Assembly (NCBI RefSeq): GCF_001194135.2
Contig: NC_069006.1
Coordinates: 22,097,712-22,161,711 of the forward strand
Direction: 5' to 3'
DNA from: Octopus bimaculoides
Lineage: Eukaryota
Length of the DNA stretch: 64,000 nt
Within the stretch, counting starts at the first letter, position 1, and every line of letters begins with the position of its first letter. Position numbers and translations under genes: made by a program. Under the pieces are notes generated by a model. It was given only the letters and a program-made list of their open reading frames with translations. It was not told where the DNA came from and made no database searches. Shown here piece by piece: positions 52,186 to 64,000 of this stretch.

Positions 52186-52910
52186 TTAAAATATGCAATC
52201 TAAAGCTCCATAGGCTTGTTACAAAAACCTAGCATAGGTCTGAATCAAACTGTTTTAAATAATAATATATCTAACTCCTACTAAGTGTACTGAGAGACTC
52301 TCCCTTTTGTTTGTCCACTCACTCATGTGCACACACACACACACATACACACACACACGTGCACGAACACACACAGAGTTACAGGTTCATTTCCACTGCA
52401 TGGCACTTTAGTGACTGCATGGCACTTTAGTGACTTTGTGACTGAATCTGGTCAAGAGAAACTGTGTGAAGATCTGTCATGCATTATTTTGTAGCTTTGA
52501 GATTCCAATGATGTGATTGTTCATTTTTAGAATGACCTTATGGGGATGATGTAGTGGAAGCTGGATCTAGCTGGGTTAAACACAAAACAGGTAGAATATT
52601 TTTTGGATACAATCAGTTAAAATGCTAAAGGGTTAATCATACATCTGTTATATGAGAGCAGGGGAACTGAACGAGATCAGCAACAATTTGGTCTTCTTAC
52701 TTTTACATAAAGATGGAGTGTTCTGTGTTGCGCCCAATTGCACAATGAATTATAGTAGGGGTAGTGGTGGTGGTGGTGGTGGTGGTGGTAGTAATACCAA
52801 TATACAAGAGTCTAATTTACTATGCTGAATTTATGCACCATTATTTAGAGTTCTTATAGGAATTCCTGTAGCCATAGACTTGACTGTTTTATAAAAACCA
52901 AAATCCAGCG

Positions 52911-53030
52911 AAGAAGAAGAAGAAGAAGAAGAAGAAGAAGAAGAAGAAGAAGAAAAAGAAGAAGAAGAAGAAAGTGATGGAGCAAGATGATGATGGCAAT
53001 GGAGATGTTGAGGAGGAGGAGGAGGAGGAT
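52911..53030. repeat. (GAA)n then (GAT)/(GAG)n trinucleotide repeats
   Basis: Direct reading of the sequence. Confidence 0.9.
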
Positions 53031-53296
53031 AAAGTAACATTTAAATTATTTGCAACAAAATTTCAATGGCTACAGTTGGGTTCCGATTAATACAAAGGGA
53101 AACTGCTAAAATATATTAAATTTAGATAGTATTAAAATTGTTTATCCTCATCAATAATGCACAACAGTGAGAGAGAAAGGGAGAGAGACAGACAGATGGA
53201 GTGAAAGAATGTTTTATTTTACATTGAGCTGAACAAGTAATAATAATAATAGCAATAATATTAATAATACCAACAATAATGATAGTAATACTAATA

Positions 53297-53329
<33 letters not shown>

Positions 53330-53758
53330 ATAATAATAATAATAATAACAATCATTATTAAATCAATAGCAGTGGATAAAACAAATTAAGATGTCATTAG
53401 GGGGAGGGGAAAATGTTGTTGCGTTCAGCAATGTAATTGGTAAAAACCAAGTGGCTGCAACATTGGCTATCGAGAAGATCTTCAATGTTGTAGTGTGATG
53501 AGCAATGAGAATATTAACCATGATTGAATAGGCCATGGCTGTCAAATCTATATTCCATCTACTATTTATTATGGTAAAAAAAGAAAGAAAGAAAAAATTT
53601 TAAATAAGGAAACAATCACAATGATGATCACGTGGAATAGCATCGGACCTTAAAGTTGATATTTAAAGAATTATAATTTTTCTGCAGATCAAGCTTTAGC
53701 ATTAGATTTTTATAATGTGATAGACTCCGCAGCCTTTTAATAAAACACTTAATATGAA

Positions 53759-53866
<108 letters not shown>

Positions 53867-54215
53867 TGTATGATATATATATATAGAGAGAGAGACAGAC
53901 AGACAGACAGATAGTTATTAATCCATACAAATGAAGTTTAAAATGCACAGAGTGTAGAAGATTTATTTATATTAATACACTTAACTGGTTTCACATTTGT
54001 ATGAGCTTCAAAAGTGTATGTTTTGAGGGACATGGAGTTGTGTCAAAAACTGTATTTTTCATATCACATGTACACTACATATCTATAATACATATAATAC
54101 ACATAGATGTGTATAGGCATGTCTATGTGATTAAGAAATCTGCTTCACAGCCAAGTGGCTCTGGGCTTGAATCAAGAATGTAAAGATGATAATAATTGTA
54201 ATTATTATTATTAAA

Positions 54216-54410
54216 GGCGGTGAGTTGGCAGAATTGTTAGCAAGCCAGGCAAAGTGCTTAGCAGCATTTCATCTGTCTTGGTGTTCTGAGTTCAAATTCC
54301 GCCTAGGATGGCTTTGTCTTTCATCCTCTTGAGGTCTATAAATTAAGTACCAGTTAAGTACTGGGATTGATGTAATCAACTTTTCCCCTCCCTCAAAACT
54401 GGTGGCCTAT
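54216..54410 (+). mobile_element. tRNA-derived SINE (second family; core recalls the MetaSINE domain)
   Basis: GGCGGTGAGTTGGCAGAATTGTTAG (A box), GTTCTGAGTTCAAATTCC (B box), CTTTCATCCTCTTGAGGTCTATAAATTAAGTACCAG. The Meta-domain attribution is from memory. Confidence 0.75.
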
Positions 54411-55383
54411 ATATATGACGGTGGTGAGCCCGAGGTTTGTTTTGTGTCGAAAACATTTGCCCAAGGTGCCATGCAGTGGGACAAACCTGGAACCATGTGG
54501 TTGGGAAGCAGGTTTCTTACCACACAGCCATGCCTGCACCTATAAGTTAATTTTAATCCAGACAGTCTCTTCTACCTAGCCTGACTCCATATTATTTACT
54601 TCAACATTATTACTATTATTTGTATTGTAAAAGGGATTATCATAACAATGGACTGCTAGATTCTTTTAAATATTACACACTTTAATGTAGTAAAAACTTT
54701 TTATACCTGTAACTGGTGTATGTCTAACAAGCCCATGCATTTTTTATGCCATCAAATACAGTATCTTTTGTAATAGGCCAAGTGAACATATAGTTGATTC
54801 CTCGTTAAAACATGTCCATCTTAATTAGGCACCAAAACCTATCCAAATTTATCACTTTGCACTGAAGAATAGGTGGGGATTAGAGGGGAGAATAGGGTAG
54901 AAAAACAGACAAAACAGAATTACTGAATAGTTGAAGAACAATCCACAAGAGAGACAAACATCTGTTTTGTTCAAATTTCTGTTTTGTCTTCATTTAAAAA
55001 AAATTTTTTTAGCTGGAACAAACTTAAGAGAATGGAAGTGATCATTCTTAAATAGATATCTGAACACACAATTGAAGAAGGTAATTAAAAAAATGGCGAA
55101 AACACAATAATATCAATTCAGTAAACCATCTATACACACACACACACACTCAAACATTATATACATATATATACGCCCATACATTTGTTCATATCTGCAT
55201 ACATACATATAAACACACACATTACATACATGCTTACAAACACAAACAGTATATACATAGACATATACAAACACACACACACAGGCTTATATACTCACGC
55301 TTACAAATGACTACACACACATATGTAAACTCATATAATTTCATTTCTAGACAAAATTTTTTCTTTATTTTTTTAATGGATAA

Positions 55384-55421
<38 letters not shown>

Positions 55422-56204
55422 CATCATCATCATCATCACTACCACCAAAACTATTTTATCAACTTAACAAATAAAATTGAATTTTTATTGCATTTCTAGA
55501 AATAAATTGTAAAAGTATTTATGTATGGCATTTATAAATGTAATTTCACTAAAACAATAAAACCATGATAAAATGCTGAATTTGCATGTATTTATACCTC
55601 TATATACATTTTTAAANNNNNNNNNNGAATTTTTTTTTATTTTAAATTTAATATTATATTAAAAAATGGCAAGTTTCTATCTGGTCAATTTAATAACTTA
55701 TATCATGGTTTGTATGACTCTGCCAGCCGCTAAACTAGAGTCAATGAACTAAAGCATTCAAATTTCATGTAATTCATTGTTAGACTGGCTAGAAATAGCA
55801 GCCAAATCCCTCTCATATCACACAATACTGTCTTTAAAAAAGAAAGGACACATTAAATAATGTAGTCATAGAAGTACAAAAGGACAAGTCAGTTGTGACT
55901 GGATTGCATTTGATCAGAAATCTATCTGATTAAAGCTGAAATGAAGGCTCAACAACAGCTTTTGAAAAGGGCCAATAAAGGAAATTCTATATGGTTACAT
56001 GGCTTGCTAGAAATAGCAGACACATTTCCATTAAATTAAATGCTTAAGAAAGATGAAGGACATAGATACAGAAGTTTGAAATAATGGATTAGTCACAACT
56101 TAAATTGCATCTATGGTATTATTATACCAATTAGAAACAGCAGCCAAATCTCCTTTGCATGACATATGACTATTTTAAAAAGGACTTATTAGATAATATA
56201 GTCA

Positions 56205-56460
56205 GGATGGGCTTCTTTCAGTTCAGTTTGTATCAGCAAAATCTACTCACACCAACACCAGTTATCAAGCAGTGGTGGGGGACAAACACACACGCACATG
56301 ACGGGCTTCTTTCAGTTTCCATTTACCAAATCCACTCACAAGACTTTGGTTGACCTGAGGTTATAACAGAACACATTTGCCCAAGGTGCCACACAGTGGA
56401 CTGAACCCAGAACCATGTGGTTGGGAAGCAAGCTTCTTACCACACAGCTACACCTGAACC
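56205..56460 (-). mobile_element. CORE-like SINE(s)
   Basis: GACGGGCTTCTTTCAGTTTCCATTTACCAAATCCACTCACAAG...TTGCCCAAGGTGCCACACAGTGGACTGAACCCAGAACCATGTGGTTGGGAAGCAAGCTTCTTACCACACAGC. Confidence 0.8.
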
Positions 56461-57739
56461 TATATTATACACCCCCCCCCCCCCAGCAGATATGCGTGTA
56501 ACAGCAGTTTCATACAAGCATGATACACAGCAGCAGAAACTCTGTTCTCCAAGCTTAATAGAGCAACTGATATTGTGAAAGTGTTTGTAGGATGGAAATA
56601 AAGAACTTAGAGACATGAGAAAATAGCTGTAAAATGGCTGTAAAAACCAAATGTCACATGAGTCAATTGCATCGTCTGTTTTTACTTTATTTTTATGTTT
56701 GCAGTAGAATTTCTATAGTTATGGTTACAGAACGAGAAAATAATCCTCACTGATTACTATGAAGTTAATCTCCAGTTTATTAGACTTCTTAAACGTATTT
56801 AAAATATTACCATGAATTGGAAAGTCAACTTTGAATTAGAGTGATATTCATGATCCAGTCAAATATGACAATTGATCACAGAAAAAATAAATAAATATGG
56901 AGTGCTATATACTGTTTAGTAAAACAAGTTCTCGATGTTGATAAAATGAACTTTTTTCATCTTTAGCTTATTCAATGACAATTAATCAAAATAAAATGAA
57001 AACTGGACATGAAAATTTATATATTTTAAAAAACAAAAAAGAAGAAACTGAACAAGTAAACCAGAGAAAGATGTCTTCCAATTATATCATTAGCTTCAGC
57101 GATTGTCAGAATAAAGTGATATGAATTTGACTGTAATACTTAAAACACTGCAGTATTTTGGTATAGTCAACCACATAAGACATAAAACATACTATGGTTA
57201 TTTTGTTCCTTATTAATTTATATAAGTGAGAAAAAGATTGTGGCTTTTGAAATGAAAAGTTGTTGAAAGATACTTTGTGTTTCGTATTAAACTAATGAGT
57301 GTGTTCAGAAACAAATTGAGAAGACAGTAACATATGAATCTCTTTTACATCTTGTATAAGTAAGGAAAAGACTGTGGCTTCTGAAATAAAATATAATGGA
57401 AAAGCATTCATTTTTTATGTAAAAAGACCTCCTCTGATCATGAATGACTATAGAATTGCACCTAGAAAGTTCCCCTCAAGAGAAAAAAAAAAACAAAAAA
57501 CAGAGCAAGATGGGAAATGAAGATTTTGCAAGCTACAAGGTAAACTAACCATCTAGGAGGGGCAGGAATTAGGAGAACTGATATGGAGGAGAAGTGACTT
57601 AATTTTTTTTTTTGCTGTTTTCATATAGCAGAAAACTTCTAGCCTTCTAACACATAGCATAAAACCATCTCCTTCTCTGTCACTCAGTTGAAGGGGCTTT
57701 TTCCGCCTCATGTCTTGCAAGTTACTTGGGAACCTCACT

Positions 57740-58090
57740 AGTGCAGGTGGCCTTTAAAAAAAGCACCCATTACATTCTGTAAAATGGTTGGCATTGGGAA
57801 AGGCATCCAGCTGCAGAAACCATGCCAAAGCTGACACTAGAATTTGATACAGTCCTATGGTTCATTGGATCCCATCAAACCATTCAGCCAATGCCAGTAT
57901 GGACAAATGAATTAAATGATATATAGTCTAGGGGGTCTCACACAGCTTGCATCTACCAAATTCACTCACAAGGCATTGGTCAATCCAGGGCTATTAGTAG
58001 AAAACACTAGCCTAAGGTGACATGTGGAACTGAATCTAAAAACATGTGGTTTCAATGTAAGCTTCTTAACCACACAGCCATTCCTGCACG
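57740..58090. mobile_element. (GAT)-tail retroelement fragment (+) followed by a CORE-like SINE (-)
   Basis: AAAAAAAGCACCC...GGTTGGCATTGGGAAAGGCATCCAGCTGCAGAAACCATGCC; then CTACCAAATTCACTCACAAGGCATTGG...CTTCTTAACCACACAGCCA. Confidence 0.65.
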
Positions 58091-61000
58091 GATAAAAATC
58101 TACTACATTGCAATAAAAAGAAAGAAAGAACTATATAGAAAATATACAGACTCCACTACTAACAGTAAATCAGTAAATCCATTCAGACTTGGAAAATTAG
58201 ATGTCAAATGGTAACAGAATTTTAATGTTTTATGATTTACTGAAGGTCAGCCCTGATCAAGCAAGTACTATCATTAAGGTGTTCCTGTGGCAAGCATTCT
58301 ATTTGTTGGTGTTGTGCATCCATTACTAATATTTATTATATAATCTTTTCTATTTCTGTAATAAAAAATGATATGGTTTGATTTAAAGGAAATCTGGCTG
58401 CTATGTCCAAGTGATTAAACAAGCAGAAACAAACACGTTCATTGATTTGTTTATCCATAGGCTGACCTTCAATGATCAAACATATAATAAAAAGCTTTCC
58501 AGCAGTGACCCTCCTATCTTTTTTGAACAGCTACAAACACATACCATGTTTACTTGTGTCAAAGATGCTTTTTTGTTTTTTTCTTAAAATATGTCTCGAA
58601 TATTTACTATGCATCCAAGAGAATGAACATTACGTTTTTATACATCAATTTTAACCCCAGAGGTGGGTTTACCTAGCATAGCTGTAAAAGTAAAAGATAA
58701 TTGTTGATTATGAGAGGTATCAATATGATCTATATGCTATTGAGGCACTAACTAAACATTTTGGTAAAATAGGTGAAAGTACTAAGGTTTGATGTTTACT
58801 TCTTTCAAGAAGGTGCAGGAAAGAACTGCAAGATGAATTATTCAAGTCAAGCCAACTAACAGGATACCTAACAGTAGGCCAAGAATGAGATAGTTGGATA
58901 ATATCCATAGTCTCAGTTGGTTGTGTTTGGGAATCCAGCAGCAAGGCATTATGACAGTTGCTTCTCATTGGACCCTATGAAGACGGTGCCTGAAAACTGT
59001 ACTCCCACGACTTTACCAGGAATAGTGGACAAAAAAAATAGATGGATGGGTTTCAAGATTTTAAGGTAAAAATTGTGTTGAATCTTAAAGGATGGCACTT
59101 CTTCAGAACCAGAAAACATGGTAATCCAAATCTGTCTTTTGCTGTTTTTGTAGATGGGTAGAATATGGTTTGAGGGAAATTTAGCCATGATTTCTAACAT
59201 GTGAAGTGACTGTGCCATGATTGCTTCTGATTAAATACAATAATTGTATGCTGTAAAAATCCAGTTTTGAACAAGGTTTTTCAAAACAGTTAAAATTAAC
59301 CAGTTTCTTCTAATACACTTCAAAATTTGAAGCAGCAAATTAGAAAGAGGAAGGGCATCTGGATGTTGAACATATGCCTCAATAAAACTCATCCAATCCA
59401 TGCAAGCATGGAAAACTGGACACTAAAATTATGATAATGATGCTGATGCAAAAAAACCAAGATCACATTATCTAAGCTGTGACCTTAAAACAGTTGGTGT
59501 AAATTGATAAATATTTGGCTGCTATTTCTAGCATGTCCTATGACCATAAAAGGTTCCCTCAATGGCCTGTTTATTAAAAAGTGTTTAGATTTCAGTGCCT
59601 TAAGGGAATAAAATAAAAGAAAGCAAACAATAGGCAAGAAGGAAATTGAGGAAAAAAAAAAATGTCAGATGTTAGCTTCAACATGTGTGCTACACAAAAA
59701 CTTTCCACAAAAATACCCCATCACACACAATCATCATCATTGCTTTAACATCCACTTTTCCATGCTTGCATGGGTCAGATGGAATTTATGGAGGTGAATT
59801 TTCTACAGCTAGCTGATCTAGAAAAATATTAAAACAGACAGATTTGTATCATAGGAGCAGAAGTGGTCTTAAATGGGTTGCTGTGAATATGGTCACCAAG
59901 AAATGAATGAGTTAATGGTGAGAGCCAACCATATTGAGGAATGTAGCTACATAGTAATAAAATGTTGATTGGCTAGTAAGAGTTTTTCTGTTAATAAGCT
60001 GTTGTTGTTTGTTTTTAACTAAGAATGCAATGACTTACAGCTGTTGGTTGTAATTTTGTAGAAAAATAGAGTAAGCTATCCTTATTTTTTAATATAAACT
60101 ATTACATTCTTCTTTCTAAATGAGTGAATTACAGAAATATAATGCAGAAGAAAAAAATGTAGAATCTGAAATTATGTTTCTTTCATATGAAGTTATGTTT
60201 CTTGCGAATAGAAAAGAAAACCAACTAAAAGCATGTCCTCTAGTTTACTTTAAAAAATCCCCAAAACCCCAACAGTTAATTGGTTAATAATAAGGGTAAT
60301 GTAACACAGTTGACACAAACAGTTGAGTGTTGCAGTGCATACTACTATCTGCTATCTAGTTTGATATCTGATGTTATTAAATTCACTTTGCACTTCTGAA
60401 GGTCACCTAATTTTTTCACAATGCAATGAGAGAAATTTTTTCCACAGTGACTTAAAGACGTAGAAAGGATGGATGAACCTCATGTAGGCTCAACGACTAC
60501 CTAGCAATAGCACAGGCCCTTAGAAATTCTGAGTTGGTGTCCAATGTGCTGGAAGATCACTGTGAGAGAAGCATCCCTAAGCTTTTGTTAAAGCATGTCT
60601 CTAGAACCTGTTTCAAATCCAGTTTATGTCTGCTTGGATAATGGGTGGTGACTTGGTCAGTGAATCCTCTGCAAGAGACAACAATTGATGGCAAAATGAG
60701 CTACTATAGATCACACTATCCCAAAGTGTGTGTGTATGTGACCAGGCATCACATGTTAACTTGTATTCCCACTGAAATTCTGAACAAACAATTCATCAAG
60801 GCCAGTTCAACCCACCCTAGGTGAGTGCCACTGTAAGTACAAGTACAGTAAAGAGCTAGAAACAGCAGCAAAATATCTCAGAACACACCCTGTTGTTTTA
60901 AAACATGGAAGGAGGATACATTCTTCTATTCTTTTTTTTAATCATACTAAGAAAACCAGTAAGTTATTAGTTGCATGATAAGGCTTCTATATAGTTTCCA

Positions 61001-61539
61001 CCTACCAAATTCCATTCACAAAGTGAGGACATATGTTAAAAATTAAAAGTTCTTCTAGTCATAACCATGTCATTTTTTTTTTTTTTTGCCTATCTAGAAC
61101 ACATTTCAAATGTAGCCTTCTATGTCTTTTTTTATATTAGTAGCACATGATTACAGGTAGTCAGCTTCTATTTCTAGCAGTTTTAGTGGCCACATGGGGT
61201 TAACTTATTGGCTCATCTTTTATAATAGGAAAATGTTGGTAGAACTTGTTTCTTAAACAAAATTTTCATTTTGTAAAGTAGGGGTGTGTATGTATATATA
61301 TATATATACAAACACACAATAGATATAATATATTCACACACACACACACACACACGCACACATATGTATATAGGTGATCAATATGTCTGATATATTATTG
61401 TTATTGATTTTACAGTCTCTGGAATGTTGAAAGCAAAGTTGAATCTGATAAGATTCAAGCTGAAAATTGGTATTTATCAATAAAACTATCATGTAAAATA
61501 TAGTTTAGTTGTGCACAACTGTTGCTGTTTGTATTGGTT

Positions 61540-62470
61540 TAATTAGCAATACTATTAATGAAAACAGCACTGTAATTAATTAAGATAATCTCATTAACTA
61601 AATTAGTATTGTTATTTAATAAAATAGTATTATCATTGACTAAAATAATGTTATACTTTAAAATAAAATTGTAATTAAACAGGGTTGTTATTTAACTATA
61701 ATATCATTAATATTAACTAAAGTATTGTTACTAAATAAATTAGCTTGGTTATTAACTAAATCAAGATTGTTATTAATTAAGATAATATTATTAACTAAAA
61801 CATCTTTAATATTAACTAAATTAACATTGTTTATAAATGAACTAGCCTAATTATTAGTTAAAACCAACATTATTATAAGCTAAACTAACATTGTTGTTAA
61901 TTAAAAAAATATTGTTATTAACTGAATTAACATTATTATCTCATCTGGTATTATTTTAAATTAAAATGGCATTAAGCTAACTAGTTTTGTTATTAACTAA
62001 AGCAGAATGGTAATTAATTAAACTCACCTATTGTTTAAATTACTATTGTTATTGGCCAAAAGAGCATTATTATAAACTAAGCTAGTATTGTTATTAATTA
62101 AATAACATAGTTAACTAAAGCAGAGTTGTTATTAATTAAATTGGCATTGTTATTAATTAAATTATCATTGTTACTAATTAAACCAGGTTTGGTATTGTAA
62201 ACACTATTTTATACTCGATTTTATATGAAAAAATTTTACCAAAAATTGTACCAAAGTTGTACCAAAAAGTGTACCACATTTTGTACTAAATTATGGGTGT
62301 GACTTAGCAAGCTGTTAACTAATTTAACATTATTTTTTAGTCAATCTTCTTATTAATTAAACTAGCAGTGTTATTAATCGAAGTTGCTTTAGTATTAACT
62401 AAGCTATTTTGTTATAAAATAAGATGGGCTGCTTTCATTAATTAATAAGGTAATATAATTTATTATTATT
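61540..62470. repeat. Degenerate ~21-bp AT-rich minisatellite (ATTGTTATTAA(C/T)TAAATTAGC-like) interrupted by a (TGTACCAAA)-like island
   Basis: Adjacent units TTGTTATTAATTAAATTGGCA / TTGTTATTAATTAAATTATCA at about 62126-62170; the motif recurs from about 61540 to 62185 and again at 62310-62470. Confidence 0.75.
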
Positions 62471-63279
62471 ATTCTGCCAAGGATGGGAAACAACTCAGGA
62501 CATATTTAAGTTTATTGTATCTTCATCAACAATGCAAAGATTCCACCATACTTTCTGAAGAATTGATGAGAGAATAACTAAGTAAATCTACAATATTATA
62601 TATATATTGATTGGCAAAGGAAAATAAAAATGTTAAGAGAAAAATCAATGAATAATTCAGAGATGCTATCTGCTTAAAAAAAAAAAAAGATCAGTTTGAA
62701 AAAACATGAAAATATTATTATTAATAAATTTAGTTTTTCTTTACCAATTTACATTAGTTTTGTTTTTTAATGTTCACTACATTGAACAGGTTAACACTAA
62801 CTTAATTATTCATTAACTAATATCGTCTTTCTATACTGCATAATTATTTCTAGTTAGCTTTTTAATGCTCACTGCATTGAACATGTTAATATTAACTTAA
62901 TTAGTCCCTAATTAACATTGTTTGTTTCCTCATTGCATAATTATTTTCTTTCTAGTTAGTAGTTTATTGGGAAAGTACATAGCCCAGTAGTTAGGACGCT
63001 AAACTCCAGATCATAAGATTCTGTGTTCGTTGGTTTCCTGCATTGTACCCTTGAACAAGACATTTCACTTAATGTTGTTCCAGTTTAAACAGCTGAAAAT
63101 AAAGACCAGTCTTGTGCTAGTACAGCTCTTTCTCTCCTGTCACTTGTCATCACATCTTAGATGTTCCACTAAGCCATAGGTTGAGTGTCTACTCGAAATT
63201 GCATATTCATCTGTTGCAAAGATAGAGACCATCTAGTTATCCTGAGTGAAGAATGACTGATGACTTGCATGGTGACTTT

Positions 63280-63660
63280 GTTTAAAGTGAAGAAGAGATG
63301 AGCACTTCCAACCTCACTCTCTCATTCAGAATGATCTTCAATCCAATGGCAAAACCAAGTCAAAATGACTGGGGATGGAGCCACATCCAGTGGATGATCA
63401 AGAATATCTTTTTTGCCTCATCTTGCTCTCTACACTCTACAATGCATTGCAGCAGCCACTTTCCATTTCATTTGATCATGACAATTTTTTTTTTCTACAA
63501 AGTCCACTGGATCTAGTCTTTGCATGCATAGGTAAGCAAGTCCTAACTCACCAAGAGTTACATGCTTGCTGGCTACTCTCATCCAGTTTTGCCTGGTAGT
63601 CAAAGCCGTTTACCAGGGTATGGATGCTGTTGCATGCAAACAGGACTTAGAGCCACAGGT
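63280..63660 (-). mobile_element. Degraded RTE-like LINE 3' end
   Basis: Minus strand frameshifted pieces GKRL..P.KNWMR...DLLTYACKD..QW resemble the RTE C-terminal G.R..GRP...W....D.......DR..W pattern. Confidence 0.4.
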
Positions 63661-64000
63661 GACAGTGGTATCTATACCAGCTTGCAACTACATAACTACT
63701 TACAACAATTAGTGAAAGCATGTTACACACTATGAAATCATACTCACTTGTGATTGACAGCTGTGATGTCAGTAGTTTAATGGTTTCTTCATTAAATATG
63801 TTTTCACAGACTTAATTATAGAAAAGATGTACCTAATCAAATGAATGTTTTTATTGACACACCAACTGTAACCAACACATCACCATTCTTTCTGTACTTG
63901 TAATTGTTTAATTCTTTTACTATGGAGATCAGATATATCCAGTCAAAATTTAATTACTTTTAACTTCAGAAAGCAGTTTATATACCAATCCATATTTTGT

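Noticed and set aside
54216-54300. tRNA-like A and B boxes
   Set aside because: SINE head, not a tRNA gene: no complete cloverleaf, and it is followed by the SINE core.
58700-59200. More complex sequence that might be a decayed transposase or exon
   Set aside because: Stops in all frames and no motif I could name with confidence.
61540-62470. Repeat array considered as CRISPR-like
   Set aside because: Eukaryotic context; units are degenerate and contiguous, with no unique spacers and no cas genes.
63520-63540. Plus-strand GCATAG|GTAAGC
   Set aside because: Within the RTE-like remnant; no poly-Y tract.

Overview
Eukaryotic, very AT-rich, repeat- and microsatellite-dense DNA with many assembly gaps, most flanked by (TA)n. 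The SINE families and tails resemble those I recall from Octopus, so a cephalopod draft genome is inferred, not proven. No conventional multi-codon gene is recognisable: almost all ORFs in the supplied track are translations of (TA)n/(CA)n microsatellites or N-runs. The only protein-like sequences are decayed transposon fragments: a mariner transposase C-terminus with TIR, a second Tc1/mariner-superfamily C-terminus with TIR, CR1/L2-like LINE 3' ends and an RTE-like end. Dozens of tRNA-derived SINE copies from two head families are also present. The non-repeat signal is a set of well-formed splice signals on the minus strand, suggesting the window lies inside very large introns of one minus-strand gene. 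These are: a textbook recursive-splicing (ratchet) site, branch point + poly-Y + CAG|GTGAGT, at 43569/43568; a weaker one at 37453; a 6-nt microexon or ratchet candidate behind a 125-nt AG-free zone at 18116-18121; and a frame-preserving 39-nt microexon candidate at 10390-10428. All are unverified predictions that need RNA-seq. No rRNA, functional tRNA or CRISPR was found.
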